A stretch of 64,000 nt of DNA from Rhynchopus sp. YZ270_cl-10 (taxonomy: Eukaryota). Below, piece by piece: positions 49,001 through 59,633 of the stretch (positions within the stretch are counted from its first letter, which is position 1; each line of letters begins with the position of its first letter). A program made the translations under genes and the position numbers. The notes beneath the pieces are model-generated. The model was not told the DNA's origin, did no database searches, and was given only the letters and a program-made list of their open reading frames with translations. The stretch is taken from contig OZ037837.1 in assembly GCA_964035575.1 (NCBI GenBank), forward strand, positions 868,001 to 932,000, written 5' to 3'.

Positions 49001-49212
49001 CTCACTTAGGAGATATTAGGGGGACAGGGAAAGTGTTTCACAGAGGGAACACGGGGGCGGGGGACCATTATGATGTGTTAGAATTCTCAATTGATGAAGA
49101 TGAGAAAAGCTTCGTCACAAAATGTGCGGCAGTAGATATGGTAAAAGAATCAAATAACATGGCTGAGAGCCAGGCAAAAAGGCAAAAACTGGACATGGAA
49201 ATGAGTGGATGA
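46021..49212 (+). CDS. MULE transposase + SWIM + AT-hook + zinc knuckle + C-terminal OTU-like cysteine protease (~1063 aa)
   Basis: DDE motifs FDGTF, FLSDRVKGL and TQNAAESFN, with CLLH. SWIM CSCKAFELEQRVCSH, PKGRPRK, CRRCGGFGH, and OTU GDGNCFYHAL..HYD. There are 22-aa Pro/Ala repeats at ~46285-46620. Confidence 0.95.
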   Translation: MSLAWSRFEAHLQSKGYEFEMVMWADEAEKTAILANFSTDVLERAALRTTWKLRCEALPLAPSLSTPAVRKNRVQRAAPPSQTAPAPPAQHADAAVDISAPVPPATPAPAAQHADAAVDISAPVPPATPAPAAQHADAAVDISAPVPPATPAPAAQHAEAAVDVSAPVPPATPAAQHTDAPVNLFAPVPPATPAPPAQLADTAVADVPSSSAQEVQQHDGVVTVGDVFATVQLVRNYVIASMCKAGRSCCKDYTKRHKKVGRESRMKCGKDDACAFEVVLLETPNLLQEVTRVQAHTCIPKTTQKDRSSYGTTRALLSTKGGALKECHTAASACRAIRKDDGLVLAPRLAQRAKETASRQSMESAAMEYGKLRALFASIESSNPDVVTHLRCDTANDGCNTSYFNAAFMSLPYAKRIVRDRLHIPLLYFDGTFMKGAYSGTLLTCVTKDILNRVVPIAVGLVPGNESLDSWRYFSQLLRETLSDTADHCTFLSDRVKGLDSALEEFFPLAAHAKCLLHLLGNVATAGNRRAFQAVVWTLARCREQKEFVARCKEFRKKYSTQIVSAILKNTEGDVWADWQLQGHPRMDEYTQNAAESFNSRLLSARFMGIASMFREVRRISATWAFERRGELLAQHEAGTLDVFPHKYKTQFVASIVAGRGYVVIPGECRYEVQSDPPHVVTTKSDDGVVKSAVCSCKAFELEQRVCSHAAAVMAKLEQDPHTLTPPFTRNLAMLDLYGVIPEPGLEEINIADLPHDGTRPPNYAVRPKGRPRKQSRKKSRGEGRQLQCRRCGGFGHRMLGKQGQVLCKNTVPTEWADVLFDRVLQASDVVQDGEFSEDEVLPCSRIGGDVEKPSADASSSKRKVEEQGSRHEICRTVEDMNDQLIQLGGKLVKIRGDGNCFYHALGETLGRGKNKGMEIKKELVVWLNGRRRVPFIHTIDFAVYQEKVAKELGENGFYAEETHIKCAVECYKIRLCILTNTLSNNEGCCSYTPHLGDIRGTGKVFHRGNTGAGDHYDVLEFSIDEDEKSFVTKCAAVDMVKESNNMAESQAKRQKLDMEMSG

Positions 49213-52194
49213 AAAAATTATGGAGGAATGGGGTGGGGGTGTGGGTGGTGGGGGGTATACCGCATATCATTCTTGCTGTATAAATGGAAGTCAAAATTCA
49301 AATGAAACCCCCCCCCCCTTCCCCTGAGGGCCCCCCTCCTCCCTTGTTTTTTCGGTTTTTCTCTTTAATACCCAATTTCCTAGTACCCATCTTCGTTATT
49401 AGAAGCTACTGACTGCTACTGACTGATGGGTTTGCTGTTTAGGTATGTCTGAACCCCTGCCCCCCTTCCAATCAATTTATTTTATGCCTGGGAACGAGAG
49501 TCTGGATTCGTGGCGTTACTTTTCCCAACTCCTCAGGGAAACCCTTTCCGGGTTGTCAATGCCAATTCATTAAGGAATTTCATAATTCCTCCTACTTCGT
49601 CTTCTCTACTGGAACTTTTTATTTTTTTGCTGCTGCAGCAGTGTTCCGTTAAACGGAAGCGCGTTCATGCGGAACTCGTCCCTCAAGGCCGTCTACTCCT
49701 ACGCCATCCCTTGCACGTCTATCTTGGCTTGGCCTGCGTCATTGTCTGTTAGAAAGATACAGTGGAACGCTGCTCACGTGCGTCACGAAGGACATACTGA
49801 ACCGCGTGGTGCCGATTGCAGTGGGGCTTGTCAATGCCAATTGATTAAGGAATTTCACAATTCCTCCTACTTCGTCTTCTCTACTGGAAACGGAAGCGCG
49901 TTCATGCGGAACTCGTCCCTCAAGGCCGTCTACTCCTACGCCATCCCTTGCACGTCTATCTTGGCTTGGTGCATATGTATATGCTCGGCCTGAAAGCCGT
50001 CGACTCGTATTTCCTCCAAGAGTCTCCAGAACAATATTTTACACCCTCAGGCCAACTTATTTTTTTAAGAAGTCACCTTCTTTAATTTCCCCACCACTCA
50101 CAAATTCACTTTTAAACAGGTAAGGGAATGAAAAAAGAACGCTATCAGAGAGAGACCCCGACCAGGCTAAAAAAAACGAGAGACCCCTCCCCTGAGGCCC
50201 CCCCCCCTCTGTTTTTTTTCGGTTTTTCTAATACCCAATTTCGTAGTACCCATTTTCGCTGATTAGAAGCTACTGACTGATGGGTTTGCTGTTTAGGTAT
50301 GACTCAACCCTACCCCCCTTCCAATCAATTTATTTTATGGGGTTTTGGGGGAAAAATAATAATGCCCGACCAAACCTATCTCACCCGGGCCTAATTACCC
50401 TGGACATCCAATGATCCCCGTTCGGAGTTGTCTACACGTCATCAATTTATCAATAAAAAAAAATAAAAACACGTATTTAAACCTTCTGCTTCGCATCCCT
50501 TTCCATCTTTGTTGTTGTTTTTTTCGCTTTGACGTCCGTATTTTCTTGCTGCTCTAGCAGTGTACCGTTAAGCAGAAGCGCCTCCATTTTGGCTATCTTT
50601 TATGCATATGTATGCGTATTGCTGTACATACTGTACAGTACACTGGATGCTGGACCTCTTCGTTCCTGCGTCAAGGCCGTCTACTCCTACGCCATCCCTT
50701 GCACGTCTATCTTTATCTTGTCCTGCCTCATTGTGTGTCCCTCCACCTCAAGGTGTCTTACCCTAGGACGAATCCGATAAGGGGTAGATATGCTGCTCGG
50801 CCCTGAAAGCTGTCGACTCGTATTCCCTCCAAAAGTCTCTTTACACCCTCAGGCCAACTTATTTTTTTCAGAAGTCACCTTCTTTAATTTCCCCACCACT
50901 CACAAATTCACTTTTAAACAGGTATCGAAATGAGTGCAACATCGAGAACCAACTGTGCAGAACGAGCGAACATATGGGGTGGATAGGGGGGTGGGAACAC
51001 TCTGTCAGTCACTGCTATAGCCATTAACCCAGGGAGCATAGCTAGTGCAAGAAATTCGACTTTGGAAACCTTCCGGAAAGTCTGTCCTCTGCTTGCGGAG
51101 GACTAGACACGAGAAAATATTGCTTGTTCCCCCAGAAAACCAGTGCACAATTCACACTCCTTGTGGGTGGTCTTGTTGCCTTTTTGTCACAGTAATTTTG
51201 GCCCAGGCATGCTCTTGAAGCATGACAATTTAGTGTGTATGGGGCAGGGTGTTGTTTTGTTCTGAATTCTCTTTGTTATAACATCTAAGTCAATCGCGGG
51301 TGGTGGTTTGTGTAGCGTGAGGCACTCTTTTTAACAAACTTCCTGCAGTTGCTATGCACTGTTATTTCTTCGGATTTATCATCATACAGCGTAACATAGT
51401 GGATTCGCCTGGTCGACACAACCTTTGATAGATATGGGATAACCAACCCCCTTCGACCCCTCGTGGGTTCACTGAACAAGCCCTAGTGGTAGTTAAACGC
51501 GATTGACATTTACATTTCTTAGAGATGAAAGAACAAGATAACACTTCTGTACCCGCGCATCAAAATTGTGGAAAACTTTGCACCCCAAACACCCTCAACA
51601 ACGCCCGCCAAAAGGCGCCCCTTGTTGCTGGGAGTTGGTTCTCATGATACCTGCACAGCGGGCATTCCTCTGAGTCCAACGCATGTTTGGCCTGTCTGCG
51701 GCGTTGTACTTCAGGTGCACGAAGACAGGGTCTGGTGGTAAATTTTGCGTAGTACTGCGACGTGGTACTGCGTGGGTCTGGGAACCTGGGTACCTGGGTA
51801 CAGGAAATTTGTTGTGGAAGACATCAACCACCATGCATTGAGGAGGGTAAGACAGTGTTCGCAGTTTCTACCTGATAGCATTACACATTTAACTTCTCCA
51901 CGGGGGTCTTGGGCCGTTCACTCGGTTCTACCTTGACTACCGGAAGATATTCTTGAGGCCTTTTTGGTCTCTAGAATATCCGGTCTTCCCGAACGGAGGC
52001 ACACTTTGTGTGTTACTACGACCTGGCAATTTCCAGCAGTAGGTTAAGTAATCTTTCTTGTAAATTGTTGGATCATTATCTCCTCAGTGCATGAATGCCC
52101 CACGTGACTGGACACTTTTGTGTTTGTCATGTGGAGCTGTGGTTGCTCTTTCACGACTTTTTTCCTGTTCCTGGGTACCTGGACCTGGACCTGG

Positions 52195-52383
52195 TACCTG
52201 GGTACCTGGGTACCTGGGTACCTGGGTACCTGGGTACCTGGGTACCTGGGTACCTGGGTACCTGGGTACCTGGGTACCTGGGTACCTGGGTACCTGGGTA
52301 CCTGGGTACCTGGGTACCTGGGTACCTGGGTACCTGGGTACCTGGGTACCTGGGTACCTGGGTACCTGGGTACCTGGGTACCT
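52195..52383. repeat. (TACCTGGG)n 8-mer array, ~23 units, abutting the right TIR
   Basis: Read directly. Confidence 0.97.
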
Positions 52384-52540
52384 ACCAAGAAGGCAAAAAA
52401 TCAAGAATCCGGATTATGCGACAATGTGGATTATTTTTTGCGACAATGTGGATTACGACAATGTGGATTATGCGACAATGTGGATTATTAATCCACATTG
52501 TCGTAATCCACATTTTTAGAGTCCACATTGTCGTTTCCCC

Positions 52541-53727
52541 TTTAAACAACTGTATTAAACCCTGCCAACACTGGGAGGGAGGAGAGGGGGAATGGTGGTG
52601 GGTACTTATTTGAGGAAATACACGACGTCGTCCTCAGAGGCATCTGACAAAGTAAAAATATATCCCGTTGCGCTTGATCAGATCTCGACCGTTGCATTGC
52701 ACGCTTCCACTCAGCATTTTGTCAATGACAAGCGATCATTTGTCATCACTTTCACTTATCATTTCAGTTGTCACACCATACCAAATGAAATTGGTCCTGA
52801 ACGACTATAGGGTGCACTGTGAAGCCTCTCAACTGCTTAGTTTCACACCCTCAAAAAACGTGTATTATAATAAGAAAATCAGGGGAGGGTGGGTTAAGAA
52901 GAGACCGCTGTGCTCCCCCACAACGGGGAAGCACACTGCCAAGCATTTTGCGTTGGTCTAGGAGTGGGTAAAAAAAAAAAGGATGATATTTTCAGATATG
53001 CCCCACTGTTTAGACCCCGCATGCCAGCAGTGCAGTTTTTTTTCTTTTTCTTTTTTTTCGAAAACTTGGTTGTATTAGTGTAGACACCCGAGGAGTGAAC
53101 TCCTCTATTTTTTTTTCCAATTGTTCGAAGAGAAAAATTAAAAGGAAATGAAAAGAGAAGTAAAAAAATAGCTCAAAAAAAAAAGTTGGTCAGAGGAAAC
53201 CTAGTCGTATTCTCATTCTTGAAAAAAATGATATGATAATTCAGTGGAGAGAAGTCGTCGTGTGTCAACAAAAAGAAAGGTAAGCGCTAGTATTGCGTAT
53301 GCTGATGTATTTTTCTATCAGGATGGGTCATAATTTTTTTTTTTTTGTAAATTTGGTGTTCCCGAAAGGGCCCATATTGACAGGTCCTTGACATGTCCTT
53401 CACACAAGGTTTACAGGGGAAAATGACACACCCCCCCTATATTGACATGTCCTTGACATGTCGTTGACATGTCCCCGACAGCAGATCGGTAACACCAGTA
53501 AAGTGTTGTTATAGACAAAAAGTCGTCGGTAATACTACCTCGAGCCGAGTTTTTTTTTTTTGTAACAGTTTTTGTAAAGTTTTTCTATTAATCAAATACA
53601 AGATTCAAGAAAACTTCTGTGTGAAACATTAAACAAACAATCCCCATTCTGATGCTAAAATGCAAGACATACACAAAAAAACAGAGCAGCTACCACTAAC
53701 TTTTTTTTAGCAACAAAAACAAAAAAC
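52541..53727 (+). repeat. 1187-bp direct repeat, copy 2 (begins with an orphan hAT end)
   Basis: Matches 42861-44047. Confidence 0.95.
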
Positions 53728-55064
53728 CACCCCATGCAAAACCTGTTGCCGGAGGGCTTGCTTGTTTTTGTTGTTTTTTGTATTTTTTGTTGTGCCAACA
53801 ATCACCTAAGAACCCACTTGGAGCTAATAGGGTCTACACTCAATGTTGTCCGCAGCCTTTGTACAACGGAATTTGAAAAAGAACGTCTGGCAAAGAGTAG
53901 TCTTCACGCAGAATACTGTCCACTGATATGATTTTTTTTTCAAGCCAACAAAAAAATCATTACATCATCATAGCTTAGCTACCCCAACTGAAATGAGTAG
54001 CATAGAAACATTGAACCCGTATTCCTACTTTTCCTTTTTTTTTGAAAATTTGGTTGTACTAGTGTAGCCACCCTAGAGTGTGCTCCATTATACCTTTTTT
54101 GTTGTTTTCCCCACCCCCCGCAAACAATAAAAAAACAAAAAAACAAAACAAAAAAAGGAAGGGAGAGGTACGGTGTTCGATTTCCTTTTAGCTTTGTATG
54201 TGATGCAAAAAATGACTAAAAAAAAAAAAAAAAAAAACAAAGAAAACCACAAAAAAATAAAATCAACGATAAAACCAAGCCACATATTGCAGTTCTTTGT
54301 GCATAAATTCAGAGAGAGGGAGGCATGTAGAGGAAGGGGGCGGTTCGAGTGAAATGTTTAAAAATAGAAACTCTGATAGGTAAGTAAAAGGAAAAAAGGT
54401 TTTTTCGTTGATTGCACAATTACCCTGTTTGAGGGGTGATTGGCGACCGTATCTGAGGAACTATTTCTCCTTTAAGCTACGCTTGTAGGTATAAAAACAA
54501 AAATGAACAAAAGTGTGACGGAAATCAATAGGAGGGGTGGGAGGGGCCAACACTTTTTTCCTTTTTTTGTTTTTTTGTTTTTTGATAAATTGTTGGAGTA
54601 GTGTAGTTGCCTCGGGTTGTGTTGCCACAGTTTGTGCAATCTCCACTGTCTTTTGCTTAGAGGAGTGGGGGTGTTGTCTGTAGTTGGGTGGAAAACTGTG
54701 TACTACCAGCAAAAATAGAGGGAAATAGAAATAAGTGTGAGAGGAGAAGAATTGCTGTGATTTGAAACTATATTGGCCAAGAAATGTTTTGTTTGATTTA
54801 GAGCTACTATCACATCACCAAATCCGTTTTTTTTTCTGGAGCAACATTTTTCAAAGCACCACCGTTCTTTATGTTGTAACGACAATCACCAAAAAAAATA
54901 CCGTAAAAATTATTTGCTAAATTTAAAATTAAGTTCACATACTTTCCGATAGACTGGGAAAGCACACAAAGGACGTTTCATTTAAAAAAAATTGGTGGGA
55001 TGAACCCAAGCCTCTCTCTGTGGTACCTTCAAATCAACGGGGGTAAAAATATGAAAATTGTATA

Positions 55065-55176
55065 CACGGGTTGCTTACGATCGTAGTACGATCGTACGAT
55101 CATAATACGATCGTAGTGCGATCAAAAAAAGAGCTACGATCGTGAGAGATCGTACTACGATCGTAGGCAACCCGTG
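55065..55176. mobile_element. 112-bp MITE with CACGG termini and 6-bp TSD
   Basis: TGTATA-CACGGGTTGCTTACGATCGTAGTACGATC ... GATCGTACTACGATCGTAGGCAACCCGTG-TGTATA, with TACGATCGTA palindromes. Confidence 0.88.
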
Positions 55177-56179
55177 TGTATAGATATTGGTAAGGACTCC
55201 ACCTGTCAGCGTTATGAGCATAAAACAGGGATGCAGCTTAACAGAGGCGATGCATAAAAAAAAGGCTAAGGGTGGGAGGATCGCCATTGCAGAAGCCCTT
55301 AAGAGAGGTTTTTTTCACCCCCACTGAACATAACAAAAATATGAGAACAAAAATAACAAAATAAATAAATACTAAAAATCAATATTTTGCCAGTGAAGGC
55401 TATGATCAGAAAAACGAAAGGTTTTCTGTTTTGTTCTTTTTTAGTTTTTTATTTTTAAAAAAAATCGTCTTATTGTTGGGTGATCTATGATCGTCTCCGT
55501 GAGAGCTTACTGAGAGCTAGTGAAAAAATCTCTCCCCGTTCATAGATCACCCAATTGTGGTTCGGCACCTTTTAAAAAAAACTTAACTATCAGGTACACA
55601 GAGACTGTTGTTTACCAACATTAGAATTAAAGAGACATAAAAAGTGGAAATGTCTCTAAAATGGAAAAAAAAAAACTGATTTACGCGTATCACTGTTCTG
55701 AGTATTGGACCAGAAATTAAAAGAAAACAATGAATGTGTACATATTACACAAAAAGCCTGAGCCGCTAGCCAATATGGAATACCCCCTCTCTGGAGGAAA
55801 CTATCCTGAGGAGGGAGAGACACACAGACGTGCGACTGTTCACGAGGGGTCTCGAGCATTTTGCCAAAATACAATGTGTTTACTAAAAATAGAATCTGAC
55901 TTCGGGATATGACAAAGCGAAGAAAAGGAAAAACGAGGGGCGGAGGGGGAAACAATCTTTCTCATTTGATAAATTGTTGGAGTAGTGTAGTTGCCTCGGG
56001 TTGTGTTGCCACAGTTTGTGCAATCTCCACTTTCATTTTATCGTTCCGTCGATTCTAATTTTCCTCTTTTTGCAAAAGAACAAAAAAATGCGTTGTGTGC
56101 ACTGTGACACTCACTGCATTTATTTTCCCCGCCACAAAACACATCACAAAATCAATCGACCAAAAAAAAAAAAAACACA

Positions 56180-56721
56180 CCGTAAATCGTTTAAAGAGAT
56201 TTGCCGTACAAATATGGCTGTAGAAATAGGCCAATTTTTTTGTGAAAATGGGGGTCGGGGACCTTGTATTTAGAAAAATTGCTGGGTAATTTTTTTCCAA
56301 AAAAAATGACGTATTTGGACGTTTTCGCGCTCGATCTTCCCAAGCAAAAAAAAAACCAACGGCTATTTTTCACAACCTGGTCTGGTTACTTTACACACTC
56401 AGCCAAAAAGTGGGATTTTCCAAAACTGATTCTTGTATTTTAGGGTGTTGTTTTGGCTCTAATTGCCCAAAATTGTGTTTTTCGAACCGAATGACCCCCT
56501 CCTCTGAGTTCACCATATTTTTGCTCGATTTATTTAGTGGAGTAGAACCCCCCTAAACGGCTATTTAAACCCAAAAACACACATTCAAAATAAATAGTGT
56601 AAAAATTCTGGGACGTAAAAATGTCCCAAGTTTAAAAAAGTCCCAAATGTCCCAGTTTTTTTTACGTCCCAGAATATTTACGTCCCAAAAATTTTACGTC
56701 CCAGAATTCTTACGATTACGG
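56180..56721. mobile_element. Degenerate CCGTA-ended MITE containing one 407-bp satellite unit
   Basis: CCGTAAATCGT ... ACGATTACGG-TA. The interior 56195-56600 matches the unit at 63544-63950. Confidence 0.6.
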
Positions 56722-56782
56722 TATTTCTGATCCTTCAGAAAAGGCACGGGGGGGAGAGGGAAATTCTAATAGAATATGATTC

Positions 56783-56818
<36 letters not shown>

Positions 56819-57328
56819 AGAAGCAAAGCAAATAAACACAAATCTCTCCCGTTGTTTAAATTACCTTGACGATCAAAAGGAAGAAAAGATGCTTTTGAAG
56901 AGGGGAGGGAAATCGTGGGAAATTATGCCGTTACAACATTTTCAATACGAAGAAAGGGATACAGGACGATCCTACACCCTCCACCTGATTTTTGACCCGA
57001 ATTTGACAAAAAGTTAGCTACTTCGTCCAAAATCAGGTGGAGGGAGAAAAAAAAAAAGCAAATAACTTTAACTTCTGGCTTTGCTTTTATACTGTTTCAC
57101 CGTTGGGTTACATCAGTAATCACAAAAGTAAAAACCACAATTCAAGTCATATACTTTCCCGTCGTGTAGGATGCCCAAGAAGGGGGGGTGGGAAAAGGTT
57201 TATAAGATGAGAATAAGCCTATTGTGCTTGGACACCTTAAATGGTATCGGTGTTTAATTTAAAATACAAAAAAAGGGGGTGGGGTAGATAACAAAGAATT
57301 ACTCGAAGGATTGATGAATAGTTATTTC

Positions 57329-57495
57329 ATGGTGCTATTTGGGGGCGGCGTTTCACAAAATTTCACAAAATTTCAATCCTATTCACAACGTTTCACAACT
57401 TTTTCCAACGGTGTGGGTACATAGTTGTGAAAACTTGTGCAGAGTATTGAAATTTAGTGAAATTTAGTGAAACGCCGCCCCCCGGATAGCACCAT
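57329..57495. repeat. Palindromic MITE-like element
   Basis: ATGGTGCTAT..GGGGGCGGCGTTTCAC ... GTGAAACGCCGCCCCC..ATAGCACCAT. The TSD is unclear. Confidence 0.65.
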
Positions 57496-57877
57496 AATTT
57501 CATATACATTCTTTTCTTAACGAAACGAAAAGAATGCAAAGAGGGTGCAAAAAAATGTACTATGATTAGTAAAAAGAGGGTTTTTTTTTGTTGATATGAC
57601 CACAATGACCTAAAGTAACCACCCTCGAGGGGAGGTGGGTAACTAAGGTCTGCTGAAACTCAACGTTGGAGGGGGGAGGGGTTTTTTCTTTTATTTTTCT
57701 TTCTTTTCCTTTTTTTTGAAATGACACAGCGTCGCATTCCCCCTTACAATACTCACCAACATTTCGCTAACAAAAAAATCACTGCCTTTTTTACACGAAG
57801 CTTTTTTCCCCCTTTTTTCTCTAAAAATAAAAATTTGATTGTAGTGTAGACACCCCCCGATGAATGAACTTACACTA

Positions 57878-58652
57878 CCGTATTCGGAAAAATGTTGCAA
57901 CGTAAAAATGTTGGAACGTAAAAATGTTGTAACGGAATAATGTTGTAACGCTGCGGATCGCGGGAAGTTGTAACTTTATTCCGTTACAACATTTTTATGA
58001 CTGGGGTGAACTTTGTCTTAGGGATTTTTTTTGGAACAGTCGGCATAATCCCCAACCTCACACACCACACCCCAATTTCAAGCCGATAATTAGTGTTTCA
58101 GGTTTTTCGACGTCCTCCCCCACCCCTCACCCAAATAAAAAATGAAACAAATGGGATTAGCCCAATTCTGCAAGCGCCGCAATCCCCACGAGCCTGTTTC
58201 GGAAGGAGGAGATGCCCCCAACCTGGCGTTCCTTACAATCCATCTCTAGTTTTGTTCACTTTTGTGCCTCGTTCTAACTAACCGGCACTGTACAGATTGT
58301 AAGACGTCTGGCCCCTGCTTCGCTCGGACCAAGTGCTTTTCATGTGCATAGTAAACGTACCCCCCTTGCCCTGTCCAGTTTGATGTGGAACAAAAAAAGT
58401 CGAGCCTACGGCTAAGTTGAACAACACCAAAAAAAAAAAAAAAAAAAAACATCATCCCCCCGCCCCCCGCCCTTTTTTCACCACCGTCAGAGGCACAAGA
58501 TTTTTCTTTTCAAAAACCACCCCCGCACCAGCAAAAATCCCTAAGACAAAAATAAACCCCAAAAAAATGTTGTAACGGAATAATGTTGTAACGCTGGGCC
58601 ATTTTTTCCAGCGTTACAACATTATTCCGTTGCAACATTTTTCCGTCTACGG
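57878..58652. mobile_element. Tc1/mariner (pogo-like CCGTA ends) MITE, TA TSD
   Basis: TA-CCGTATTCGGAAAAATGTTGCAACG ... CGTTGCAACATTTTTCCGTCTACGG-TA, with AATGTTGTAACG subterminal repeats. Confidence 0.88.
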
Positions 58653-59633
58653 TATCAACCTTTTTTTTCTCTTCTCTTCTTTTTTTTTGTGCGTAATATA
58701 CACCTCAGTTTCCTTCGCTAGGGTTGAGTTGCCTTGATATGCATAGGTGGACTTAGCGTAAGCCCAATAAGATATTAGCAATCTCTGAGACCGAGAAAGG
58801 ACGAGGGGAATAATAAGGCTCAAAAAAAAAAAAAATCTTAATGTACACACTTTGTTGATTCTAAAAACGGGGTGGGGAAAAAATCGCGAATAGAAAAAAT
58901 GGGTGAGATATTGAAAAGTTGGAACGCTTCCTCACCCAGATATGTCACAAGTGTCATGTCCCGAAAAAAAAATCGGGTCTTTTGTGCGCTCAAATCCGGG
59001 AAACAAAAAAGGTGAAAAAAAAAAAAAAAAGTGGTATACTGAAGTATGAGTGTTATGGCTAATTGAGTACTCAAAGAAAAACAAGCAAAGCTTTCTGTCC
59101 TTTTTTTTCCAATCTGTTTTTTGTTTGCCCGCAAGCGCTGTCTCCAATCTTTTTAGAATTGATAATAAGTTGTTTTATCAAAACAAAACTTCGATCTGGG
59201 CGATGATAAATGATGTTAGCAAAGGGGAAGAGGAGGGAACCAGGGAATGTCATGAGTATGAAAGGGGTGGAACGCTGTGGGTGTTGAATTGTTCTTGTTG
59301 TAAAAAAAAAAATTCTTGCACTATTTATTCTGAATGTGTGTATTTTGGGCTGTATTTAGAACATGCAACGTTTGCTCAAAAGTGAAAAATTCTTGCTTTA
59401 ATGGATCGCTAGGGTGGGTAAACTATATAATCAAAAAAAAATCGAGCAAATTCGTGATTCAAAAAAGTTGGTCAAAAATCCAAAAAATCAGAAGGGTCCC
59501 CCCTATGGTTTTACTGTACAAATCCTATAGGTAGTGGGTGGTACCCACCCCCTCCCTCCACAGCCTCGGAGGGGCAATCAGATGCACAAAAGTTTTCGAT
59601 TCGTGCTTCATTTGAACGATTTGTAGAGAATAG

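Larger units (their letters stand above)
44048..52540 (+). mobile_element. Potentially autonomous Mutator-like element, 8.5 kb
   Basis: ~150-bp TIRs GGGGAAACGACAATGTGGACTCTAAAAATGTGG with internal ACAATGTGGATT repeats. It contains an intact transposase ORF. Confidence 0.93.

Noticed and set aside
42861..53727. LTR retrotransposon (1.2-kb direct repeats)
   Set aside because: No TG..CA ends, PBS, gag or pol. The interior is a TIR-bounded MULE and the repeat starts inside a hAT end.
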